Positions 52,512 to 61,774 are shown, counted from the first letter of the stretch. The stretch: 64,000 bases of DNA from a bacterium (GCA_965199855.1 OZ241326.1:1120001-1184000); one strand, 5' to 3'. Program-made: numbers and translations. The notes: a model not told the origin generated them from the letters alone.

Positions 52512-52537
52512 GGATTGCGGCTTTCGCCGCAATGACG
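52512..52537 (-). repeat. CGTC-type REP-like hairpin variant
   Basis: GGATTGCGGC-TTTC-GCCGCAATGACG. Confidence 0.7.
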
Positions 52538-52777
52538 ATCGAAGCGGGATATCCCTCAGCGCGCGTCAGATGCGCCATCGCCGGAATGTCCCGCGCAAGC
52601 CCTCCGATGCGGGCGCGGAATCCCGTGCCCCCTCCCCCCCCTTCCGCCGCGCGGGCGCGGGTGGCATAATGGCGGGCGCGCGGGCGAAGCCCGACTCCTC
52701 ACTTTTCCGCAAGACGGATCGCCCCGGCGGGCGGCCTCCCGCTTTCGGGAGCGGCTCGCCTTTTGGAGGCCGAGAAG

Positions 52778-53695
52778 ATGGCGGAGACCATCGGAATCGT
52801 GGGCCTGGGCCTGATGGGAACGGCCATGAGCCGCAGGCTCATGGAGGCGGGCCACCGGGTGCGCGGGTTCGACATCGACCCGGCCAGGCTCGACGCCCTC
52901 GCCGCGAACGGGGGCGAGCCGGCGGACTCGGCGGGCGACGCGGCGCGGGGCGCCGGGTTCGTCATCCTCTCCCTGCTCTACGCCGAAGACGCGCGCGCGG
53001 CCTGCCTGGGGGAGGGGGGAATCGCCGGCGCGGCGGGCGAGCGCCTCGTCGTCATCGACACCTCCACCTCCGCCCCGGACGACTCGGAGCGGCTGGGCGC
53101 GGACTTGAGGCGCGAGGGCGTGGGCTTTCTCGACGCGGGCCTGAGCGGTTCGCGCAACAACGTGATGGAGGGGAGCGTCGTCTCCGTCGTCGGGGGAGAG
53201 GCGGCCGACTTCGAGGCGGCGCGGCCGATTCTGGGCGCGTTCGCCCGCTCGGTTCGCCACGTGGGGCCGAACGGGGCGGGGGCGCGGACGAAGCTGGTCA
53301 TCAACCTCGTGCTGGGCCTCACGCGCCTCGCCCTCTCCGAGGGGCTGGTTCTGGGCATGAAGTCGGGCCTCGACGCGGAGCGCCTGCTCGAGGCGCTCAA
53401 GGACAGCGCCGCCTACAGCCGCGCGATGGATCAGCGCGGCGAGCGGATGATTCGCGCCGACTACGACAACCCGCTCTCCCGCGTCCGCCAGCACCACAAG
53501 GACGTGCGCCTCATCCTCGAGGAGGGGCAGAAGGTGGGCGCGCCCATGCTGCTCAGCTCCGCGCACCAGCAGGTGCTCCAGGCCGCCGAGCTGGGAGGAC
53601 TCGCCGACGCGGACACGGCGGCCATCATCGAGGTGCTCAGGCGCATGGCGGGGATTCCCTCCCGTCCGGCGCGGGCGCGCCCGGAGGAGGCGTGA
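52778..53695 (+). CDS. NAD(P)-dependent beta-hydroxyacid dehydrogenase (3-hydroxyisobutyrate DH family)
   Basis: GIVGLGLMG, DTST, DAGLSG, G…TKLVIN, KD. Confidence 0.92.
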   Translation: MAETIGIVGLGLMGTAMSRRLMEAGHRVRGFDIDPARLDALAANGGEPADSAGDAARGAGFVILSLLYAEDARAACLGEGGIAGAAGERLVVIDTSTSAPDDSERLGADLRREGVGFLDAGLSGSRNNVMEGSVVSVVGGEAADFEAARPILGAFARSVRHVGPNGAGARTKLVINLVLGLTRLALSEGLVLGMKSGLDAERLLEALKDSAAYSRAMDQRGERMIRADYDNPLSRVRQHHKDVRLILEEGQKVGAPMLLSSAHQQVLQAAELGGLADADTAAIIEVLRRMAGIPSRPARARPEEA

Positions 53696-53697
53696 GG

Positions 53698-55290
53698 ATG
53701 CCGAAAGCGATATCGCCGGAGGGTCTCAAGGCGCTGATGGAGGGCGCCGCCCCCCACGCCGCGCTCGACGCGCGCGAGCCGATGGAGTTTCACGAGAAGC
53801 AGATTTTCTGGACGACGAGCGCGCCGCGCGCCGCGCTGGAGTTTCTCGCCCCGCGCCTGGTTCCCGTCCGGGCGACGCCGGTGGTCTGCGTGGACGAGGG
53901 CGGCCCCCGCGCCGGGCGGGCGGCCGCGCTCCTTGAAGAGCACGGCTACGCGGACGTCAGCGTCCTGGAGGGGGGGCTGGGCGCGTGGGAGGCGCGGGGC
54001 TTTCCCGTCGTCTCCGGCACGAACCTGCCCAGCAAGGAATTCGGCGAGCGGATTCACGTGGAGCATTCCGTGCCGGAGATCTCCGCGCGGGCGCTGCACG
54101 CGCTGATCGAGAGCGGCGCGCCGCCCCGCGTGTTCGACGCGCGAACCGAGGCGGAGTTCGAGCGCTTCTCCATCCCCACGGGGCGGAGCCTGCCGGGAGG
54201 CGAGCTCATCCTCCACGCATGGGACTTGAGCCGCGACGCGGAGACCCCCCTCGTCATCAACTGCGCGGGCCGCACCCGCAGCATCATCGGGACGCGGGCG
54301 CTCCACCGCCTGGGCGTGACCCACGCGCGCGCCCTCAAGAACGGCGGGATGGGCTTCATGCTGGAGGGGCTGCCGCTCGAGGAGGGCGCGCCCGCCGAGA
54401 TTCCCGTCCCCTCGGAGGAGAGCCGCGCCCACGCGGAAGTCCTGGCGGAGCGAATCGCGCGGGAGGAGGGCGTTCCCTTCGTCTCGGTGGAGGAGCTGCG
54501 CGGGTTGCGGGCGCGCGCGGACCGGGAGACGCTCTACCTGCTCGACGCGCGCCTCGCGCCCGAGTTCGAGGCGGGCCACGTTCCGGGGGCGATTTCCATC
54601 CCCGGCGGGCAGGCGGCCCAGCGCACGGACGAGGTGGTCGCCGTGCGCGCGGCGAGGGTGGTGGTCTATTGCGACGGGAACGCGCGCGGCGTCATGGCGG
54701 CCTGGTGGCTTCGCCAGATGGGGCTGGACGCGGGCGCGCTGCGGGGAGGCTTCACCGCGTGGCTGGAGGCGGGGGGCGAGAGCGCGCGCGGAGGCGGCGC
54801 GGCTTCGGGCGAAAGCCCCGCCGGGGAGGAGGGCGAGGTTCTCGGGCTGGCGGAGGCGCTGCGCGAGGCTCCGGCCGCGTCGCCGCGGGAGGCGCGGGCG
54901 TTCGACCTGATTCTCGACGTGGATTCGAGCCTCTCCTGGGAGCGGGGGCGTCCGGCGGGGGCGAGGTGGGCTTCGAGAGGCTGGCTGGAGGATCGCGCGC
55001 CCGCGCTCATCGGAAGGAAGGACGCGCGGGCGCTCCTCGTCTGCGAGGACGGACGCAAATCCGCCCTGAGCGCCGCCGCGCTCCGCCGGGCCGGATATTC
55101 CGGCGCGCGCCGGCTCGAGGGCGGCAAGCGCGCCTGGTGGGCGGCGGGCTTGCCTGTCGAGACGGGGCGCGAGGGGCTGGAGGCGACTCCCAAGGACGTC
55201 CAGCTCAAGCCCTACGACTTCGGACGCGGCGCGATGGAGCGCTACCTCGCCTGGGAGGAGAGCCTGGGGCGCAAATACGCGCGCGGGTGA
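53698..55290 (+). CDS. Multi-domain (four-repeat) rhodanese/sulfurtransferase
   Basis: Repeated DAR…/LEGG…W rhodanese modules; CAGRTRS active-site loop; 2-bp gap after the dehydrogenase. Confidence 0.9.
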   Translation: MPKAISPEGLKALMEGAAPHAALDAREPMEFHEKQIFWTTSAPRAALEFLAPRLVPVRATPVVCVDEGGPRAGRAAALLEEHGYADVSVLEGGLGAWEARGFPVVSGTNLPSKEFGERIHVEHSVPEISARALHALIESGAPPRVFDARTEAEFERFSIPTGRSLPGGELILHAWDLSRDAETPLVINCAGRTRSIIGTRALHRLGVTHARALKNGGMGFMLEGLPLEEGAPAEIPVPSEESRAHAEVLAERIAREEGVPFVSVEELRGLRARADRETLYLLDARLAPEFEAGHVPGAISIPGGQAAQRTDEVVAVRAARVVVYCDGNARGVMAAWWLRQMGLDAGALRGGFTAWLEAGGESARGGGAASGESPAGEEGEVLGLAEALREAPAASPREARAFDLILDVDSSLSWERGRPAGARWASRGWLEDRAPALIGRKDARALLVCEDGRKSALSAAALRRAGYSGARRLEGGKRAWWAAGLPVETGREGLEATPKDVQLKPYDFGRGAMERYLAWEESLGRKYARG

Positions 55291-55312
55291 GCGTGGGGGG
55301 TTCTGATTTTGC

Positions 55313-55860
55313 GTAGGGAGCGCATTCATGCGTCCCGCCCGTCGTTCGGCCGGGGCGGATGTTTTTGCCTTCGCAGGGGCGGTCCCCCGTGGCCGCCCGT
55401 TGGGATGATCGTCCGCCGATCGGGTTCCGCCCCCGACGTGCGGGGACAGGTCGCGACCTGTCCCTACGGGATGTTCGCGCGTCGGCGGGAGGTGAACCCG
55501 GCGAAGGACAACCACAGGGGGTTGTCCCTGCGTCCGCGAACGGGGCGCGACGGTTCCCTACGGGCGGTGGAAGGCGTGATTCGATTGCAGGGGACGCGGG
55601 TATTATATGATCCCGCAGGGGCGGCTCGCGAGCCGCCCGTTTAGGGTGGTCGCCCATGGGTGAGGGTGACGGGGCGGCCCCCGTGGCCGCCCGGATTCAA
55701 GAGGCGTTCGCGTCTGAGGCGGCGGGTCGTTCACGAACGACCCCTACGGGGACAAAACGCCGCGACCCGCATCGTCGCCGACCCGCGAACGGGGCGCGAC
55801 GATTCCCTACGGGCGGTGGAAGACGTGATTCGATTGCAGGGGACGCATATATGCGTCCCG
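55313..55860. repeat. Mosaic REP-like palindrome array 2
   Basis: About ten hairpins (e.g. GTAG-GGAGCGCAT-TC-ATGCGTCCC, GGGACAGGTC-GC-GACCTGTCC-CTAC, GGACAACC-N6-GGTTGTCC-CTGC, GGGTCGTTC-AC-GAACGACCC-CTAC) and a ~63-bp direct repeat (55534-55597 / 55783-55846), between convergent genes. Confidence 0.85.
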
Positions 55861-55878
55861 CCCTGTTCTTCGCCCCCT

Positions 55879-57747
55879 TCAGAACGCGGCGCGAACCGAG
55901 AGGGAGACGCTGTGGGACGCGCCGTCTCCGAAGCGGCCGGCGTAGCCCAGACGCGCGCTCGCGCTCTCGCCGAGCCGGGCGGCCAGCCCCGCCTCCGCGC
56001 GCGCGGCGCCGTCCGGCGGGGAGAAGCCGGGCATCGTGAAGCGGCCGGGCATGGCGTTGGAGCCCGCGCTGACGCGGACGGGGTCGTCCTTGAACTCGCG
56101 CTCGTAGGCGAGGCGCGCCCAGGAGCGGCCCCAGCCGCCCAGGCGGAAGGCGAAGCGGTAGCCCGCGCGCGCGAGGAGGGAGTCTCGGTCGAAGCCCCGG
56201 AAGTTCATCGCGGTGGAGGAGTCCCCCTTCTCGCGGTAGCCCCTCACCTCCTGATCCAGCCAGGAGACGCCCGCGAAGGGGCCGTGCCCGACGCCCGCAG
56301 GCCCCCCGAAGCGCCAGCCCGCCTCCAGCTCGCCCCCGAACAGCGAGGCGTCGGTGTCGCCGCTCTCCGAGCGCGAGGCGGCGCCCAGGGAGAACTCACG
56401 CCTGATATCGACGGACGCCTCGCCCAGGCTCACCGCTCCGCTCACGCTCAGCGCTCCGCTTCGCCAGATGGCGTGCATCGATCCGACGATCGCCTCGCTC
56501 TCCAGACTCGAGCCCGCGATCTCGTTCTCGTGGCGGGCGAGGCTCGCCGCGAAGCCCCAGGCGAGATTCGGCCCGGCGCGGCTGACCGCGCCCAGGGTGA
56601 CGACGCCCGAATCCGCCTCGTTCTCGCCCAGGCGGGGGAGAGCGTCGAGCTCGCTCCTGCCCGCCCGCGCCGCCGCCCAGACGCGCCAGGCGCCCGCGGG
56701 CCCGCCGGACGCCAGGTCGGCCTCCCGCTCGGCGGCCGCAGCGGCGTGGTGGGCCGCCATCGCCTCCGCGCCCGCCTCTCCCGCCAGCGAGACCACGAGC
56801 GGCGCCGCGAGGGTGGAGACGACCATATCCGCGATAATGGCGTGCGCCGCCCCGCCCGGGTGCTTGTCGTCCGCGAACAGGCGGGAGCGGTTCGCGCCTG
56901 CGGCGTAGGTCTTGGGATAGCCCGACCCCTCGGGGCCGCACACGAGGGAGACGGAGGTTCTGTCCAGGGGGTTCTCGTTGAGCGGGCACGCCGTCGTCCG
57001 CAGTTCGGTGAAGCCGTAGGCGCGGGGGCTTCGGGCGATCTCCTCCGCCATGCCCAGGACGTTGACGGGGACGACGCCCTCCTCGCGCGCGCGGATGCCG
57101 GCGCGCAGCGTCTCGTCGTAGGCGCGCCCCAGCGCGACCAGTAGCGCCCCGGCGGATTCGGGGAGCCTCGCGGTGAAGGGCAGGATGGAGAGGTCGGGCA
57201 GGTTGGGAACCACGACGTAGCGCGCCCCGGCGTCTAGGAGGCGCGCGATCTGTCCGACGTGGGCCTCGGCCGCCTCCGTCGCGAGCGCGGTGGAGTTCGC
57301 CGCGCCGCCCGAGCTCAGGGCGTCGTCGATGTCGTTCAGCCCGCCCCAGAGAAAGTAGAGCGCCTTCGGGTCGGCGCGCCCGCCCGCGCCCGAGAGGTGC
57401 TGGTCGATCTGCTGCTGGATGGTCGGCACGCGCTCGCTCGCCGCCTGGTTCCGGGCGCAGGAGCCCTCGGTCGTCATGCAGGCGCCCGCCCAGGCGTGGT
57501 TCGGCCCGCCGGCGAGGGAGTGCCTCCCCGAGGCGCCGAAGGCTTCGGCGATGCGCTCGGCGGCGACCGGGTCGGGGTTCGTGATGAAGCTGCTCCCCGC
57601 CGGCAGGCCCAGCTGCTGGGCGACGTTGCCCGAGTCGCTCAGGCTGTCGCCGAAAGCGTAGAAGTTGCTGAAACTCTGCGCCGAGGCGTTCGCGGCGAGG
57701 CACAGGGCGAGAGCGAGACCGCCGAGCAGGGAGAAATGGCGAAGCAT
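55879..57747 (-). CDS. GDSL esterase autotransporter (EstA-like)
   Basis: Signal peptide, FGDSLSDSG, GLND block III, DDKHP block V, C-terminal beta-barrel ending in F. Confidence 0.92.
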   Translation of the reverse strand: MLRHFSLLGGLALALCLAANASAQSFSNFYAFGDSLSDSGNVAQQLGLPAGSSFITNPDPVAAERIAEAFGASGRHSLAGGPNHAWAGACMTTEGSCARNQAASERVPTIQQQIDQHLSGAGGRADPKALYFLWGGLNDIDDALSSGGAANSTALATEAAEAHVGQIARLLDAGARYVVVPNLPDLSILPFTARLPESAGALLVALGRAYDETLRAGIRAREEGVVPVNVLGMAEEIARSPRAYGFTELRTTACPLNENPLDRTSVSLVCGPEGSGYPKTYAAGANRSRLFADDKHPGGAAHAIIADMVVSTLAAPLVVSLAGEAGAEAMAAHHAAAAAEREADLASGGPAGAWRVWAAARAGRSELDALPRLGENEADSGVVTLGAVSRAGPNLAWGFAASLARHENEIAGSSLESEAIVGSMHAIWRSGALSVSGAVSLGEASVDIRREFSLGAASRSESGDTDASLFGGELEAGWRFGGPAGVGHGPFAGVSWLDQEVRGYREKGDSSTAMNFRGFDRDSLLARAGYRFAFRLGGWGRSWARLAYEREFKDDPVRVSAGSNAMPGRFTMPGFSPPDGAARAEAGLAARLGESASARLGYAGRFGDGASHSVSLSVRAAF

Positions 57748-58001
57748 GTCGAGGACTCCTCGTTTTCCGTTTTCCGGCGCGGAGGGCGCGGGCGCGTCCG
57801 GCGCGCGCGCCTGAGGGCGATGCGGAACAACATAGCGGGCGCGGCCCGAAGGGGCAAGGGGCAGGACGGCTTCGGCGGCGTCCGCGCCTTCATCTTCGCG
57901 GGGAGCCCCGCGCGCGTTTTCGGCCGCGGGGCGCGAACGCCCGCGAATGATGGTATAATGCCGCGAATCTTTTCTCGCGTCTTTCCGGAATGGAGCGCCG
58001 C

Positions 58002-58265
58002 ATGGCGGACGGGCTGTCCGGATTCAGGGAGCGTATCGACGCCTGCGACGCCGGGATCGTCCGCCTCATCAACGAGCGGCTGAAAATCTGCCTGGAGGTG
58101 GGGGAATACAAGAGCGCGCGCGGAATCGCCGTCAAGGACGCGGCGCGCGAGCGCGAGGTCATCGCCCGCGCGCTGGAGGCGAACGGGGGCCCCTGTCCTC
58201 CCGAGGCGCTCGAGCGCATCTGGCGCATCCTGATCGACGCGGCCGTCGCCCTCGAGGAAAAGTAG
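58002..58265 (+). CDS. Chorismate mutase type II (AroQ)
   Basis: RERIDACD…IVRLINER…VGEYK…D-x-x-RE. Confidence 0.85.
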   Translation: MADGLSGFRERIDACDAGIVRLINERLKICLEVGEYKSARGIAVKDAAREREVIARALEANGGPCPPEALERIWRILIDAAVALEEK

Positions 58266-58380
58266 CGCGGGGGGAGGAAGGCTCTCCCCCGGCGCCTCCG
58301 GCGGGATCGCCTCGCCGCCCCCGCCTCGCCCTGAAGCTTCGCCCGGCGTCCCACCGCGCACGCCGAGGGAGAATCTCCGC

Positions 58381-59739
58381 ATGGAAGCGCTCTACGCCGC
58401 CCCGGTCGCGGCTCTTCTCGCCGCGTGCGTCTGGCTCGTCATGCGGGCGCGCGCCGCGGGCCTGGCGCGGATGCTGGAGCGCGCGGAGACCGAGAGCGCG
58501 GAGGCGCGGACGGCGCTCGCCGCCGAGCGGGAGAGGACGGCCCGTCTGGGCGGCGACCTGGCGCGCCTCGAATCGGACCTGGCGCACGAGAAGAAATCCG
58601 CCGGGGAGAAGCTCGACCTGCTCCGCCGCGCCTCCGAGGAGATGCGGGAGAGCTTCGGCGCGCTGAGCGCGGACGCCCTCAGGAGCAACAACGCCTCGTT
58701 TCTCGATCTGGCGAAGGCGACCCTCGAAAAATTCCAGAGCGAGGCGAGGAGCGACCTCGATTCGCGCAAGAAGGCGGTGGAGGGCCTCGTCGCCCCCATC
58801 CGCGAGTCGCTCGACAGGGTGGGGGGGCAGGTGGAGGTTCTGGAGCGGGCGCGCCGGGAGGCCTACGGCGCCCTCACCGAGCAGGTCAAATCCCTCGCGG
58901 GGGCGCAGAAGGAGCTCCGGTCGGAGACGGGAAACCTCGTCAAGGCGCTGCGCGCCCCCAGCGTGCGCGGACGCTGGGGGGAGATGCAGCTGCGGCGCGT
59001 GGTGGAGATGGCGGGCATGGTCGCCCACTGCGACTTCGTGGAGCAGCAGACCCTCCAGGAGGGCGACGCGCGCCTGCGCCCCGACCTCATCGTCAAGCTG
59101 CCCGGCGGCAAGAACGTGGTGGTGGACGCCAAGGCGCCGCTCGACGCCTACCTGCGCGCGCTCGAGGCGGAGGACGAGGAGGCGCGCCGCGCCGCCATGC
59201 GCGACCACGCCCGCCAGATTCGGGATCACATGACCCGCCTGGGCTCGAAGTCCTACTGGGAGCAGTTGGATTCTTCCCCTGAATTCGTGGCGATGTTCCT
59301 GCCCGGGGAGAGCTTCTTCAGCGCGGCGCTCGAGCAGGAGCCGGGGCTGATCGAGGAGGGCGTGGGCCGCCAGGTCATCCTCGCCACGCCCACGACGCTC
59401 ATCGCCCTGCTGCGCGCGGTCGCCTACGGCTGGCGGCAGGAGCGGGTCGCCGAGAGCGCCCAGGCGGTGAGCGCCCTGGGAGGGGAGCTCCACGCGCGGC
59501 TCAAGACGCTGGCGGGGCATTTCGAGAACATGGGCCGGGGGCTGGATCGCGCGGTGGACGCCTACAACAGGGCGGTGGGCTCCTACGAGTCGCGGGTGCT
59601 GGTCCAGGCCCGGAGGTTCACCGACTACGGCAGCGCGCCCGAGGGGGATATCGCCCCGATGGTTCCCCTCGAGAAGACCCCCCGCGCCCTCTCGCCGCGC
59701 GAGGCGGAGGAAGCCCCGGCCGGAGACGGCGAAGGATAG
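58381..59739 (+). CDS. rmuC: DNA recombination protein RmuC
   Basis: N-terminal TM helix, coiled coil, RGRWGEMQL, RPDLIV…VDAK, FVAMFLP, ATPTTL. Confidence 0.95.
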   Translation: MEALYAAPVAALLAACVWLVMRARAAGLARMLERAETESAEARTALAAERERTARLGGDLARLESDLAHEKKSAGEKLDLLRRASEEMRESFGALSADALRSNNASFLDLAKATLEKFQSEARSDLDSRKKAVEGLVAPIRESLDRVGGQVEVLERARREAYGALTEQVKSLAGAQKELRSETGNLVKALRAPSVRGRWGEMQLRRVVEMAGMVAHCDFVEQQTLQEGDARLRPDLIVKLPGGKNVVVDAKAPLDAYLRALEAEDEEARRAAMRDHARQIRDHMTRLGSKSYWEQLDSSPEFVAMFLPGESFFSAALEQEPGLIEEGVGRQVILATPTTLIALLRAVAYGWRQERVAESAQAVSALGGELHARLKTLAGHFENMGRGLDRAVDAYNRAVGSYESRVLVQARRFTDYGSAPEGDIAPMVPLEKTPRALSPREAEEAPAGDGEG

Positions 59740-60067
59740 GACGCGCGCTCATGCGCCGCCGCAAAACCCGTCATTCCGGCGAAGGCCGGAATCCGGAACC
59801 GGGGCGCGCGGCGGCAAACGGGCGTTCCCGGCCAATCCATGCGCGGGTTCATGGTTTCGTAGGGGCGGCTCGTGAACCGCCCGTTTCGACGGCATGGGCC
59901 GACAACCCGGCGATTGTCCGTTTGGTCGGCGCGGGGCGTTCCCGAACGCCCCCTGCGGGATGGCGGCGCGGAGCGGGGGAGCAAATGCGGGCAGGTGCGG
60001 GGAAACGCCGCGGCCTTGCGAAATACCCCCTCCTGACGCCTCTTGATTCCCATAATCTTTTTGTTTT

Positions 60068-60080
60068 CAATGATTTGATA
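60068..60080 (-). promoter_or_regulatory. IHF-binding consensus site
   Basis: - strand TATCAAATCATTG = WATCAANNNNTTR, with an adjacent A-tract, in an AT-rich patch within array 3. Confidence 0.5.
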
Positions 60081-60103
60081 TTTTTTCCGCGCTTTGAAGG
60101 GTC

Positions 60104-60171
60104 TTGAATTTGTCGAAAAAAGGCGTGAATTTGCGGGATAAAGGCGTGAATTTGTCGGATTTTGTCGAAAA
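60104..60171 (-). repeat. 21-bp phased tandem repeat (module 1 of the dispersed element, copy 3)
   Basis: - strand CGACAAAATC-CGA-CAAATTCACGCCTTTATCCCG-CAAATTCACGCCTTTTTTCGA-CAAATTCA. Confidence 0.75.
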
Positions 60172-61729
60172 CGGGATCCTTTTCATCATGGCGCGGACGA
60201 CGCGCGCGCGCCGCGCCTGCGGAACCCGCAATCCGGGGGCGACGGGAAAATGACGGATTCCGCAAACCCTCCTCCTCATCGGAGTTGACGACGCGAAAAC
60301 GGCGCGGGGCGACAAACGCCCTGACCCACGCCCACGCCTTCGTCCTCATCCGCTTCCCGAAACCCATGTGTTCGCCTCCTCCCTTTCGCGGCGGATTCTC
60401 GCGCATTCAGGGGAAGACCCCATAACCGCAAATGCGGGCAAATGCGCGCGGCGACCGGGCGGGGGCGGCAACGGTTTCGTAGGGGCGGTTCGTGAACCGC
60501 CCGTTTTTTGACGTTATGGCCGACAATCCGGCGACTGTCCGTTTGGTTGGCGCGGCGGGTCGTTCACGAACGACCCCTACGGGATTGAATCGCCGCCGCG
60601 TGAATCGCGGCACCCCGCAACGGGGCGCATATATGCGCCCCCTACCGCGAGGGTGTGACGGTTTCGCAGGGGCGGCCCCTCCCCGGGGCCGCCCCACAAT
60701 TCGCGAGCCGCCCGTTTTGAAGGGAAGACAATCAAAACCCCGGATTCCGGCTTTCGCCGGAATGACGGGATTCCGGGGCGGCGCGCGGCGGCGAACGGGC
60801 GTTCCCGGCCAATCCATGCGCGGGTTCATGGTTTCGTAGGGGCGGTTCGCGAACCGCCCGTTTTGACGGCATGGGCCGACAACCCGGCGTTTGTCCGTTT
60901 GGTCGGCGCGGGCGGGTCGTTCCCGAACGACCCCTACGGGATTTTCGCGTATCGGCGGAAGGGGAGCACGACGCGGACAACCACGGGGGGTTGTCCCTGC
61001 GATTCGCGCCGCGTCATCGCCGGGCCCGCGAACCGCCCCTACGGGGTGGGTCGTCTATGGATGACGGCGAACCGCCCGTTTTGAAGGGAAGACAATCAAA
61101 ACCCTGGATTCCGGCCTTCGCCGGAATGACGGCGGAAGAACGCGGGGCGGACAACCACAGGGGGTTGTCCCTACGGCGGGGCGCAAGAATGCGCCCCCTA
61201 CGGGCGAGGGCGGCGAGGGTTTCCCCTCCGGCGCTCGCCGCCGCAAAACCCGTCGTTCCGGCGAAGGCCGGAATCCGGAACCGGGGCGCGCGGCGGCCAA
61301 CGGATGTTCCCGGCCAATCCATGCGCGGGTTCATGGTTTCGCAGGGGCGGCCCCCTGCGGCCGCCCGTCGTCAATGGCGAGGATGGGGTGGGGATATTGT
61401 AGGGGCGGTTCGCGAACCGCCCGGTTTTTTTGACGCGCGGGCCGACCCCCCGGTGATTGTCCGTTTGGTCGGCGGGGCGGGTCGTTCACGAACGACCCCT
61501 ACGGGATTTTCGCGTATCGGCGGGAGGTGAACCCGGCGCGGACAACCACGGGGGGTTGTCCCTGCGATTCGCGCCGCGTCATCGCCGGGCCCGCGAACCG
61601 CCCCTACGGAGTGGGTCGTCTATGGATGACGGCGAACCGCCCGTTTTGAAGGGAAGACAATCAAACCCTGGATTCCGGCCTTCGCCGGAATGACGGCCGG
61701 GGCGGAGATCGAACCGGCGGGGGTTTCCA

Positions 61730-61774
61730 TAAAAAAACCGGGCGCGGGGGATCGCGTCATCCCCCGCGCCCGGT
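61730..61774 (-). terminator. Rho-independent terminator of the autotransporter gene
   Basis: Long stem CCGGGCGCGGGGGAT/ATCCCCCGCGCCCGG followed on the - strand by a T8 tract. Confidence 0.8.

Larger units (their letters stand above)
59769..61696. repeat. Mosaic REP-like array 3 (~1.9 kb)
   Basis: Four ~100-bp inverted doublets (59859-59956, 60479-60580, 60836-60937, 61399-61502), five CGTC-type hairpins, a ~240-bp direct repeat (60893-61132 / 61459-61696) and other shared linkers. Confidence 0.9.

Noticed and set aside
48700-52540. Prophage, IS or integron explanation for the low-GC islet
   Set aside because: No integrase, transposase, terminal inverted repeats or attC-like sites were recognised.
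52450-53697. Apparent N-terminal extension making a 946-aa rhodanese
   Set aside because: It overlaps the dehydrogenase in another frame and is R/G-rich nonsense; the real start is at 53698 after a GAGG-type RBS.
59769-61696. Possible CRISPR array
   Set aside because: Repeats vary in sequence and orientation, spacers are themselves repeated and of irregular length, and there are no cas genes; it fits REP-like mosaics.
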